Shown piece after piece: positions 47,401-56,600 of a stretch of 64,000 bases of DNA; the first letter of the stretch is position 1; every line of letters begins with the position of its first letter. Both the position numbers and the translations under genes were made by a program. The stretch comes from Candidatus Obscuribacteraceae bacterium (GTDB lineage Bacteria; Cyanobacteriota; Vampirovibrionia; Obscuribacterales; Obscuribacteraceae), in assembly GCA_044226015.1 (NCBI GenBank), contig JBGAHS010000001.1:928001-992000 (forward strand), in the 5' to 3' direction. The notes below the pieces were generated by a model, which was not told the DNA's origin, searched no databases, and worked only from the letters and a program-made list of their open reading frames with translations.

Positions 47401-50329
47401 ACGTTCCAATGGATTGGTTTAGAATTCCGCCACGAAGATCAACCAGTCCGCCGTTTGAGTCTATATCACCATTCAGATTTATTACTGAGCCTCTAAGAAT
47501 AATGATCGAGGGTCCACTGATTGTGCTGATCTTTCCCGCGTTGAGGACTTTGTCGTCTGAATCTATGTCTAGCGTCTGTTTTGAATAAAGGGTGATGTTG
47601 CCGAAATTATTTATGCCTCCAAGTTTGATTTCCAATGTTGATGTTGAAAGAGTTGAAACATCAAAGTTGCCGTAAAAATTAATTGTTCCTTTTTCTCCTT
47701 GATAGGAACCCGGTAAATTTGATATACCGATATGGATTTCACGAGACTGAAACCTCTGCAGCTCGGCGAGGGTGAGCTGCAGTCCACCAGAGCCGCCTCC
47801 TAAATTTATGTTAGTAGATGGAGTGAAAGGAGAAATTGTGATGCTACCAGAATAACTGGTTGGACTGTTTTCGACCTGCAGCCATCCGTTGCCTACGCTT
47901 AATCTGTCGGTTGTAATCCATATTTGACCGCCCGGGCTAGTGTAGATCTTGCTGCCATTGAGAGATAATCTGTTTCCTACGCCTGTAAGGGTGAGCGTTA
48001 TTTTTCTGGTGCCGTAGATATCACCTCCTAATGTGACATCTCCATTGTTGGTCAGAGTAAGATCATTCCAACTACTTGCACTAAGACTATTTATTGAGCC
48101 TGAGTTGCTAACTACTATGTCGTTTCCCGCGCTAAGTGACAGAGAATCGCTTACTTGAGTTCTTGCATTTTTGATAGCTCCTGAAAGTGCCGACATGTTG
48201 AGGCTTTTGGCTGCAATTAAGCCGCTTGCGTTCACTGTTATGTCACCCTTATTGGCTACAATTGACATTGAATCAGAGGGTGAACCAATGGGCTGACTTA
48301 TTGTTATTGATCCACCATTCAGTTGGACGCTAGAGCCAGCTGTTGTTATTGGTGCTGCGACATCCAGTTTGTTAGTTTGAGCAGAAACGGTTACTGAGCC
48401 GCCAGTTCCGTTGTTGATGTTAATTTGGCCATTTAAGGATATCGCAGAGTCTGTTGGGGTTGTCGACGAAACGTCGCCGGATACAGTGCCAGAAGCGTCA
48501 AAGCTGAGGCAGTCGGCGCAGCCTCCCTGTCCACCACTGAAAGCTGCTTGAGCAGCAAGGATGGTTACGTTACTAGCTTTCCCGCTTCCTCCATTGGACG
48601 TTATGCTACCGATGCTAACACCTTGTCCAGTTGAAGCGCCTGCTGCGATGAATACGTCTCCGTTTGCACCGCTGCCCAAGCCTGATGAATTAATGGAAGA
48701 GATATTGCCTCCGCTAGGAAGCAGAATCTTTCCTCCCGCACTTCCATTTGCCAGTGCGACAAGTGTAACTTTTCCGCCTGCGTTGCCAGCGATGGTGCTG
48801 CTAGAGTCGATTAGGGTCTGACCTGCAGCTATTGTATTGTTTGCACTCAAATCAATGTTGCCGCCGCCGGAGCCCGTACTACTCACTTGTATGAGACCGC
48901 TGGAAACTTTGCCTGGCGACCCTGGGGGCAACGCGAGGGTGCTACCGCTGTTGCATGTCACGCAAGTGCCAGCGCTTGTGTCGATTTTGGCCCCGGCGAC
49001 CAACCATATATCATGTCCGTGATTGATAATCTGGGCTGCACCGCTGGCGGTGATATTGCCGCTCGCGATTATAGCTAGATTCTCGTTCTCAGAAACTGTC
49101 CCAACTATCTGAATGTCACCACCAGCATTGATGTAAGTTGGATCGCCAGAAATCTTGGCGTCGCCTATAGTAAAAACGGGTGTATTGGCTAGAATATGGG
49201 CTGAATCAGCATTGGCGTTAACTGTGCCCGACAACATCTCGACGGAGGCGTTAAGCGCTCCGCTTCCTGAATTGAAATTCAACTGCTTGGATAACCAGTT
49301 GCCACCATCCAAAGTGCTTGCTCCAGTTCCTGCGAATGCTTGCCCTCTTAAATTAATAGCACCGTTTATCGCTTGGATTGTTCCTCTGGCTGTTGATTGG
49401 AAATGCAAGTCAGTCAGTGATTTTGCGGTGTCGATGTTGATGCAGTTAAGAGCTTGAATCAGTCCTGAATTGAAAAATTGTCCACTACCGGAAACAAGAT
49501 TAATATTCTGCGCTGTCAGAGAGGCAAGGCTGTTAGAGCTGCTCTGATTGCTAATGGAACCGCCAGCATTTACAGAAAGAACACCAGGTGTGGAGATGCT
49601 GCCCATGTTAGTGAAATCATGTAAGACTGTTAGATTGAGACCATTCGAGGCAAAGGCATTTCTTCCTAAATCAAAATTTGATGGAAGGCTTCCGGATATT
49701 GAGGCACCCGCTTTTACTTCCAGGTTTCCGATTCGAAAAGCTGAACTGACGTTGGGCATATTTTGGAGCGCGTACAAATGTCCAAGTACGCTCACATCGC
49801 CGAGCACATCTAGCGGTTTTGCAAGGCCAAAACCAATCATGTTCATTGAAACGTTTTGTGGAACAACGATAGATTCAAGCTTTTGATTGCGGATGCCGAA
49901 GGAATATACTGAAGTGTAGCCGCCAATTGCCTGTCCATACTGCCCAATTTGCAGGGTTTGAGCTCCCCTCATTGTCTCTTGAACTGCTAAGTACTGGGCA
50001 GGGGTAAGCAGTTGTCCCGGAATAATCGATAGGAGCGTGCCACCGTAAATGGTGCCATTGCTATTCGCTTTTCCACCTGTGAAAATGTTTACAGGGCTAT
50101 GATTCGGAGCCAAAATCGACGCGCTTGTGGATGAAAGATCCATATTAGAAGGCAATCGAGTCAGGTTTGTTTTGTCGACAGACCCCGGGCGTGCAAGCTG
50201 AGCCTGAACAGCAGCAGGGAAAATAACGTTTGAAACTAGCAGCACGGCAACAACTGAAGCCATGGCGTACTTCAGTTGCCAGCTTGTTGCGTTTTTTGCA
50301 ACACTTACCATCGGTTGATCAGGTTGCAT
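41471..50329 (-). CDS. Giant (2952 aa) filamentous-haemagglutinin-like beta-rich exoprotein
   Basis: Signal peptide (AVQA); S/G/T/N/I-rich beta-strand repeats; ISGDPTY motif; charged C-terminal domain shared with neighbour. Confidence 0.85.
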   Translation of the reverse strand: MQPDQPMVSVAKNATSWQLKYAMASVVAVLLVSNVIFPAAVQAQLARPGSVDKTNLTRLPSNMDLSSTSASILAPNHSPVNIFTGGKANSNGTIYGGTLLSIIPGQLLTPAQYLAVQETMRGAQTLQIGQYGQAIGGYTSVYSFGIRNQKLESIVVPQNVSMNMIGFGLAKPLDVLGDVSVLGHLYALQNMPNVSSAFRIGNLEVKAGASISGSLPSNFDLGRNAFASNGLNLTVLHDFTNMGSISTPGVLSVNAGGSISNQSSSNSLASLTAQNINLVSGSGQFFNSGLIQALNCINIDTAKSLTDLHFQSTARGTIQAINGAINLRGQAFAGTGASTLDGGNWLSKQLNFNSGSGALNASVEMLSGTVNANADSAHILANTPVFTIGDAKISGDPTYINAGGDIQIVGTVSENENLAIIASGNITASGAAQIINHGHDIWLVAGAKIDTSAGTCVTCNSGSTLALPPGSPGKVSSGLIQVSSTGSGGGNIDLSANNTIAAGQTLIDSSSTIAGNAGGKVTLVALANGSAGGKILLPSGGNISSINSSGLGSGANGDVFIAAGASTGQGVSIGSITSNGGSGKASNVTILAAQAAFSGGQGGCADCLSFDASGTVSGDVSSTTPTDSAISLNGQININNGTGGSVTVSAQTNKLDVAAPITTAGSSVQLNGGSITISQPIGSPSDSMSIVANKGDITVNASGLIAAKSLNMSALSGAIKNARTQVSDSLSLSAGNDIVVSNSGSINSLSASSWNDLTLTNNGDVTLGGDIYGTRKITLTLTGVGNRLSLNGSKIYTSPGGQIWITTDRLSVGNGWLQVENSPTSYSGSITISPFTPSTNINLGGGSGGLQLTLAELQRFQSREIHIGISNLPGSYQGEKGTINFYGNFDVSTLSTSTLEIKLGGINNFGNITLYSKQTLDIDSDDKVLNAGKISTISGPSIIILRGSVINLNGDIDSNGGLVDLRGGILNQSIGTSIKAETLSATSYADISLVGAAHIVYAHTGASFKVINSLSLEQFSTTVPTNKGITLIDTNPGGIHITEALNSMGSIVLQTIGATSGPIIIDSKIDVTYNNAKGNSISISSDNAAMSINAPIVANGKITIDGGSKGSINGAGSISSSELIIKSGSGDINLSNLSSQLVSFNTTGNTTLLGSSSNLETKGTSNSSNISLSAASIIIGQSSSVTASSNLSLSTSTGSNGNITVGGTVTGASVSLTADGSGSLTQMGTAGPLISGSKVTLISSTGTIGALSTSTTNLTIGTTANVSIINIASDDLGITISGGKPLSIEISTNNGLNLSAPINASGQINLKATDIKLSGYSGTLISTPSTVSLSATNNITATGSNVIDAKSGLSFSPSGYFSVSPSSTVQNTSGVTWIFGNQITIASSGKILGTSILIQGQTANGSVAAGKNLLVDNSGLIQSSQGSLTVQSAAGQDIKIVGTGSGVFSSPSAASITAMGGSRFPYVVLGPGNMSFQLGSGAAPGAALSISTPYSATTGSTVSMDANTTYDFPNDYSNISIATNSFLGNPSQFSVKTSAHPNQNSTFSIYAVEGSGTIANSNGNVDLSQISLLSFPGTNIAIIASASIINSGNSLSIDLSSTKGSGGNLLLVAGFNFSPNTNGVAVGPLSRPYTLISNSATGGSIDLGNVSIVTSGLSKGGSITAIASSGSSASGSLSIGSISSKSTNGAAGNITIVANGITLGKVDASANQVSNFGNIVLNSVTGVSLSNPGTMQISNGVLSGGSFVTGSVGGNVSGGLLTANTLTVSAGSILGLSTAINGSISASAGSINIFNTGNLASLKIASATGTVAIKNNGDLTLASNIIGPAGVSIEMGAGNLLTNNEFQIKSTDAPISLILDSYSLSGQNPIDAGMGAVTILPATNNRSIYISDQQNKGLVLSPLQLGNITAGSVTIGSSKSTGGIFFQSDLDASGKFDLLFVQGADGNFSSNNHTISMGSHSLNLMIGGEATLGSIMTTGSSLNISAAAVVVNGTVGSPSDDISITTVPGPFPDPYYLTVPLRKGISGTGLIIANNLTLDSAGAIGTGLVTRGDQSRTSQRMHVEFTELKTSVSGMLTAKSNGISFYYWPDGDYYIQAPPTICINNKSGQTKLSAYLFDSINNDKGLLAVSSTGDLVVENEIKADSIVLSTANNHSITLENGAKLITPTSSGTVIIVTDDLIINGLNPDETRISGSSVNIAPSNASTPINVCGGTGGLNLSELELLSMAGHTPTIGNFDTSFREGEGVIFYSAKSFGGINLNGALKAPLISFAQSGDGNFNQNGFPLIITNILLENGKATVGASGSNIGVVLAGSIEVSGPLVVGALISNNGNISGTGLVTAQPYGLTLSSKSGSIGPLNTASTGILYLYAKDGNINVSNVGNVFFTGYAETGSITLINAGNIELQDIAQLGYHHLVVSSCAIYAKEGINISQNAGDSFQPGYNRIITDNTPITLNVNFALPTFEGNADPNYAYIEAGSSTVTLAPPSNNFPINIFGGSGGMVFSNLTMQYIHAGNLILGSNSSGGGVNVYGSYDFSNLYNIQFLQGPNGGFNASGQTLTMGSKQLTIDVGGAATIGSILTTGTSLSIAAQSVNISGSVGSPADILAIRATAGSLDGSGQLIAGNALFSATGGGINITLNDILLDLPSNGGTVSYMTSPFAYLPPTSNSTMAASLHNISTVTDINTKSVNLSSFLTQFDLVSKIQLGSGQQISTAMNTINVNSTNIAQVKEDIAGALEDEHHSPIKRVNLPIRCVSYSNQSSYPRIAYPSAIPNKELARVYSDAPQNITGTAESFRITNSEALISATTAVSINTSAAQILLMKGALASIRDEEGVTFIRSCSHAGSVRVQVGKDIFSLNSGEELIVSKNIFDLKTSIFSDRLARRNTRFHRSGNSYLSISDFSIVSLMTTSNHLSHFRKSNDNADKRILARLLKTAATIDVVLKNRGMYSSHN

Positions 50330-50607
50330 TTTGACCCCGCGTTCCGTAATTCAATTCTAACACTTTTACTTATCCAGATTCGGGAAAAGTCCTTGGTGGC
50401 TCAGGTTGTTATGTGTTGTCCTTCGTCTACGAGAAGCTGTTTCTTTCTTTGAATTTTGTTGCTTAGCATACAAATGCGGCACTGGTATCAGCTTTATTAC
50501 TGACTCTTACCGCGGTATTCTGCGGTAACATAAGAGGGGGAACTGGAAGGGGTAAGTCTACGCGAAGATCTATCTTCTATCAGGTAACAGCTATTTCTGC
50601 TCTGGCG

Positions 50608-53600
50608 ATGCTCATTACTCAGGCATCAGTGGTGAGAGCGCAACAGGTTGGCGACTTTAATTTGGGGTCTGCATCAAAATCTGGCAGCAACCTTCTTTCC
50701 GGCGGGCAGTCTGCCACAATTCGAGTAGCTGGAACAAACAAAGTTGTTCATCCTGGTATGTTGCTAACTGCAGCCGAACAAGTAGCTTTGAGCCAGGTTT
50801 TATCAACTGGGCATCAAAATATCAGGTTGAATGGAGCTGGTATAGCGGTTGGCGGGCAGTTTAGTATTGACACAGGTTTGATATCTGCTTCGAGTAATCT
50901 TCGCATCCCACAGAACGTGACTGGTTACATAGATTTCAGTCAGCAGTCAGCATTAAGTATTAGCGGCAACCTCATCAATCGCGGAACGTTGTTGGCATTT
51001 TCTACCAATGCGATGTCTCCGAGTGGAACCTTGAGTGCCAAGAACATTGTAAACTACGCTTCTATATCATCTGTATTGCCCTCGACATTTTTCGCTGCAG
51101 GACAAGCGATTCCCAATTTTAATTTGGTTTTGAGTGCTGTTAATAGAATTACTAATTTTGGCACTATCTCCAGCTCTGGAGCGCTTTCGTTGATTGCCCC
51201 CAACGCGGTAGTTAACTCTTCTCAAGTCATTAATCAAACCATCCCGGCAAGTCTTCAAGCACAGTCTAATCTCAACATAATCACCAACAATATCATCAAT
51301 TCGGGTAACCTTACTTCGATAGCAGGCAATGTGAACTTGCAGTGTTTGTCAGGTTCTACTCTTAAAATCAATAATGTAGGCGGAACGATTTCAGCCTTGC
51401 TTGGCGATATAAAAGTCACTAATCTTGTATCGTCGACACTTGCAAATCTTGAACTCCGCGGTGGAGATTACATTTCTTCGAATTTGAATTTGTTTTGTCC
51501 GGCAGGGGAAGTGTCTGCGGACCTTAATAGAGTTACTGGCTGGATCAACGTTGAGGCTTGCAAGGCAAACGTTGGGGCTGCAACTCCTAACTTGAAATTG
51601 GGCGACTTGAAAATTACTGGAGACCCAACATTTTTCAACAGCGGCGGAAGTCTTACTCTTGCAAGTCTTTCTAACACTGGAGGATTTGATCTTGCACTCA
51701 TAGCGAGCCACGATATCATCGTCGCAGGTGGCACTATTGATACTACCAATCCCTCGGGTGGTAATGGCGGCAATCTAACAATTATCGCGGGAGTAGATTT
51801 TTCTGGTGGCATTTCAGGAGCAGGTGATACCAGCACTTTATTGACGTTAACGGGACCGTCGAGTACCGGTGGTGCGATCGACTTGAGCGCAGTTTCACTC
51901 ATCAATACTAGTGGTACTTTGACGAAATCTAACAATGGCGGCAGTGGTGGAAATGTTTTTGTTGCCGCTTTCAATGGCGCCAAAAATGGAACGCTAGAGC
52001 CAGGCACTGTTAATTTCGGGACTTCAGGAGTCGTAAACACAGCGGGAGGGGGACGCGGTGATAGTAACAACGGAAATGCAAGTGGTAATTTGACTGTCAT
52101 TGCGGGAGCAGCAGCAGATCCTAGCGCTGCTGCCGCGATTATTTTGCCAGCTATATTCACACGTACAGACCCTTCCTATTCCCAGGCAGGAGTTTCTGGT
52201 GGTGCAGTTAGCATCTTTACTGCTACACCTGTTATTAATGGAACAGTGACTGTATTGAATGGAACACTCGGCGGAGCTGGCAACATTACGAATGGGGCTC
52301 AGCAGAATGCCTCAATTTCAATAGCTTCTACTGGTGGCGGAAGCAATATAATTGTTAACCCAACTTATTCTCAATGGCAGCTTGACCAGATGAATGCAGC
52401 TCTTGCGAGTATTAATGCTAAGCGAGCGCTTGATGCTCCGAGTTTGCCGCCTCTGAAACTCAGCCCTTCCCTTAGTACCTTGGCGATGCAGCAAGCCATC
52501 TATCTCGCTCAAACTGGTCATTTGGGACACTTTACGGTTCAGGGCGGGTCGCCTGTTGATCGCGCAAGAGTTCTTGGGCTTTCCTCTGCTTGTTGTGCTG
52601 AGAATTCAGGTTTTTCATCTGGACTAACTGTGCAAGGTGGTTTTGATATCGTTAACGCCGCAATGTTTCAAGAGTCGAATACGCCAGGGACTCATCGCTA
52701 CAATTTAGTGGGAACGTCCGCCAATCACAATAATTATGTTGGATTTGGATTTGTGACAGTTGGAACCGATATGTACTTTGTCGAAGAGTTTTCTCGGACA
52801 GATCCAGGAGTTGCTAAATCATCTATTCCGAGTTCGTCTCTGTATGGCGGTTTGGGTGCTCAAGCTGGAAACCGTGCCGTCCCTCCGGTAAAAGCTGGCG
52901 TTAATAACAGCCTGCAATCTGTGGGAGGCACAAATTATCTGCCCACAAGTATCGTCGCTGGTGCTGACATTATATTGAACGCTGGCCAGAAGGTTAGTCT
53001 CAGTGGTTCGATAATAGCCAATGGTGCTGCCGGTATTCAAAGCAACACAGGCGGTTCGCTTGATGCAAAGAATGGAGCAAGCGTCTCCATTAGCGCCGGG
53101 GGCGACATCAGTTTGTTCAATATTCAGTCGGGCGGCGGCTCTGGTGCGACATCAAATTCTTCGGGACTAGGTGCGGGCGGCGACGGTGGAATAGTTTCTG
53201 TGACCTCCATGAATGGAAATATATCAATTTTGCCGTCAGTTGCATCGTGCTCTCCGTGTGTTGCAGTGGCTGCGCAGGGAGGTGCAGGAGGACAAGCTCT
53301 TTTTCCCGGTGCTGTGGGCGGGGACGGTGGCAAGGGCGGTAGCATAAGTCTCTCGGCGCCCAATGGCAGTATTTCTGTCTCTTCTATTGAGGCTGGCGGC
53401 GGTGGTGGTGGTGGTGGTGCTGGCGGGCTAGCTAAAGGTGGTTCTGGCGGTGCAGGTGGAAGCGGCGGAATCGTTTCTTTGAGTGCAAAAAATTTACTTG
53501 TTCAAGAATATGTGAACGCCTCTGGTGGTGGTGGCGGAGGTGCTGGGGGCAGCGGGCTTGACTCTGGTGGTGGTGGCGGCGGTGCTGCCTTCGGAATGGG

Positions 53601-56600
53601 GGGATTTGGAGGTGCTTCTTCTTCGCTGAAAGCCGGCGGTGGTGGCGGTGGTGGTGCGCAGATTCCCGGTTTTGGAGGACCCACTTCAGCAGTCAACTAT
53701 TCACTTGAGTCTGGTGGAAATGGCAGTAACGGGAGCAGAGGAAAAGGGGGGAATGTCGGTATTGTAGGCGCCGGTGGCACAGGTGGGGCTGGAATTGGAG
53801 GTGCTTTATCCAGTGGTGGTGCTGGTGGCGATATGGGTCTTGCTGGGAAATCCGTTGGTGCGGCGAGCGGTGGTGCTTCAGGAAACGGCGGTAGCATCAA
53901 TCTTAACGGTGATCAGGTTGAGGTTCTATCCGTAGTATCAGGATTTTGGGGGAAGACTTCTGTCAAATATGGAACCAATTCTCTTCTCGCGATAGGTCCA
54001 AGCGGAACTGTAACGGTGAGTAGTACTGGTGGGTTGACGAGTTCTCCAGTGCTAAATGCGTTAGCTGACTATTCGAGCAGTAAGGCTACTTTATCTGTGC
54101 CTTTAGGTAATAATTTTACAGTCGGTTCCCTCGCTGGAAAAAATGGAACTGCGGGCGCCATATCTGCGGGTCCTCAATCTAATTCAATAACTATTAACGG
54201 GGTTGGTTTAAGCAATTCTATTGAGCGGCGCAGTTTTGTTACTGCCGGCTCTGCTTATGTGACCATTGTAGAGAATTCATTGCCTGTGCTTTTTAATAGT
54301 AATTCGAAGGCTACGCCTGCGGAACTTGTCGCAATTGAACAGGTGCTATTTGAGGGTGGGCAAACAGTTGTTCTTGATAGTAATGGTACTGCTGTTGGTG
54401 GCAGCATCACTTTGCAGTCCCGAAATATTCCGGCAGCTGGCTTCAGTACCCTTGTGTTACCGCCTAATGTCTCTTTGTTCGATCAGGTTGACAATCTGAG
54501 TTATTCGGAAAGCGTTTCTATCTATGGTACATTTCAATACAATGGTTCCTCCACTCTGGCTAAACTTACTACTCCTTCCATCGTAAATTCAAATAGTATT
54601 AGCAGCGGCAACTCCGCTATTTCGTTGATCGTGCAAAGTCCTCTGGGGCAGAAACTTGCTGTGTCGGGAAACGGAAATTTTTCAGCTGGGACTATCAGAT
54701 TCGTCGGCAGCGGAGGAAGAGTAATTTTTCTCTCTTCGCCTCAATTAACGGCCAACAATGTGTACATAGACGCAAGAGACTCTGTTCAAGTCTTTTCCGG
54801 CCAAAGTGTTTCGGCTCTAGGTGCAAATGTTATCGTGACGACCGGTGCGATTTTTAATCCACAATTTGTGGGAAGTAAGAATGCATTCAATCTTGCTCCG
54901 ATCGGCACCACCATTGGAGTCATCGCTAATTCGGACGGCGATCTTGTTCTCGATAAGAGTATTTTGGTCAACACCAATGGCAAAAACCTTGCTTTACTTG
55001 CCTCTGGCAATATTATTTCCAGCGGACTCGCTAGTATCAATTTGTCGAATTCTAAAGGAAATGGAGGTAGCTTGCTTGCTATCGCCGGAGTTTCCTTCAC
55101 TCCACTTACGACTGGACAAAAGATCGATACTAGCTCTGTCTTCGACATCACCGGTGTTTCCGCAACAGGTGGCAGCATCAATTTTTCCAATACGTCAATA
55201 AATACCTCTAGTAGTTCGAAGATTTTGGGCGCTGACTCCGGTGGCAATATAACCCTTGTTGCGAATTCCGTTTCCGGTTTCAGTGCTGGAGTAGTTCTAA
55301 CTGGTTCGATAGATGCAAGCTCAAGTATGGGTAAAGCAGGGAGCCTGTCAATTTTTGCATCTGGTGGTATCGTCACTGGCAAGATTAACGCTCAAGGCAC
55401 TTACGCAGGTGGTGCGGTATCGTTAACTTCAGCGCCTGCCGTTCTTTCTGGGGTAGAGGTATCGAATGGCTATCTGATGCCTATCTCAACAATTAGTTCT
55501 TCTCCAGTAATTAATAGTGGGGCTGCAGTTCTCGTCAACGGTGGAATTGTCTCCTCCTCTGGGATGGGAGCTGCTGGAGCGATATCCATTGTTGCTGGCT
55601 CGAATATCCTTGTCGCAGGAACTATTAACTCGGGTGCAAGAAGCTCTGCCGGGTCCGTTAGTTTGAATTCACTATCGGGGTCCATTGTTATTGGTGGCAG
55701 TATCATTGCTAGTGGGCTACCTGGTACTAGTAGTCTGTCTCCTGGCTCAGCCGCTCCGGTGAGAATCTCCGTTCCCCAATTTGCAGCGATAAACGGTAGC
55801 ATTGATACAAGTGGTGGCAAGGCACTTGTATCCGGTCAAAATGGAGGAAGTGGAGCTGACATAAACATTTCGACTTCTAACCAGGATGACCTCCTGAACG
55901 GTTTTTATTCAGGAAATGTTTCTATAAGTGGTTATCTGAATAGTTCTGGCGGCTCTGTGTTTGCTAAGAATGTGGGAGTCGGTGGAAACGCTGGGACTGT
56001 CTTCCTTAGAGCAGGTGCATTACAAATAAAGGGTTTCACCAGTGCTGCGAGTGTTCTGGCTAGTGCTGGTACCGGTCCGTCTGCTAACGGGACCAGCGGA
56101 AGCATTTCGATCTATACCTATGCTGTTCAGCCCATCCCTTCAAATTTCAATCTCTTGAGCTCCGCTGCCAGTGAATATGCAATTCCTGGGGCTTTGTTTA
56201 CTACAGGCACGGGGTCTGTTGTAAATGGGGTTTCGGGTAACTTAGTAAGTGGCTCTCAATCTCTAAACAAAAACACTGCTGCTTCTATCTATAGTGGTAC
56301 TACGGGGAATACCAACATTTCTGTAAGTGTGGCTGGGGGGACTCAGTCTTTGAATATTGCGGGCTCGACAGCTCTGATTGGGCCGGGTAGCGCAAGCAAG
56401 CGAAGCAAGGTTACGCCTGCTGTGGCTCTAGCTTTGAATCAAGTTTCCCTGGGCAACAAGCAGACACTTGGAATTAATGCAGCACATCAAGCAAATTCAT
56501 TGAACCCACAGGGGGGGGGGTCAAAAATTTCGATACCAGCTCATGCGCTTCCTCGAACATTTAGCAGCTTTGTATTGGAGTCTCAGGGAAACAAGAGTGG

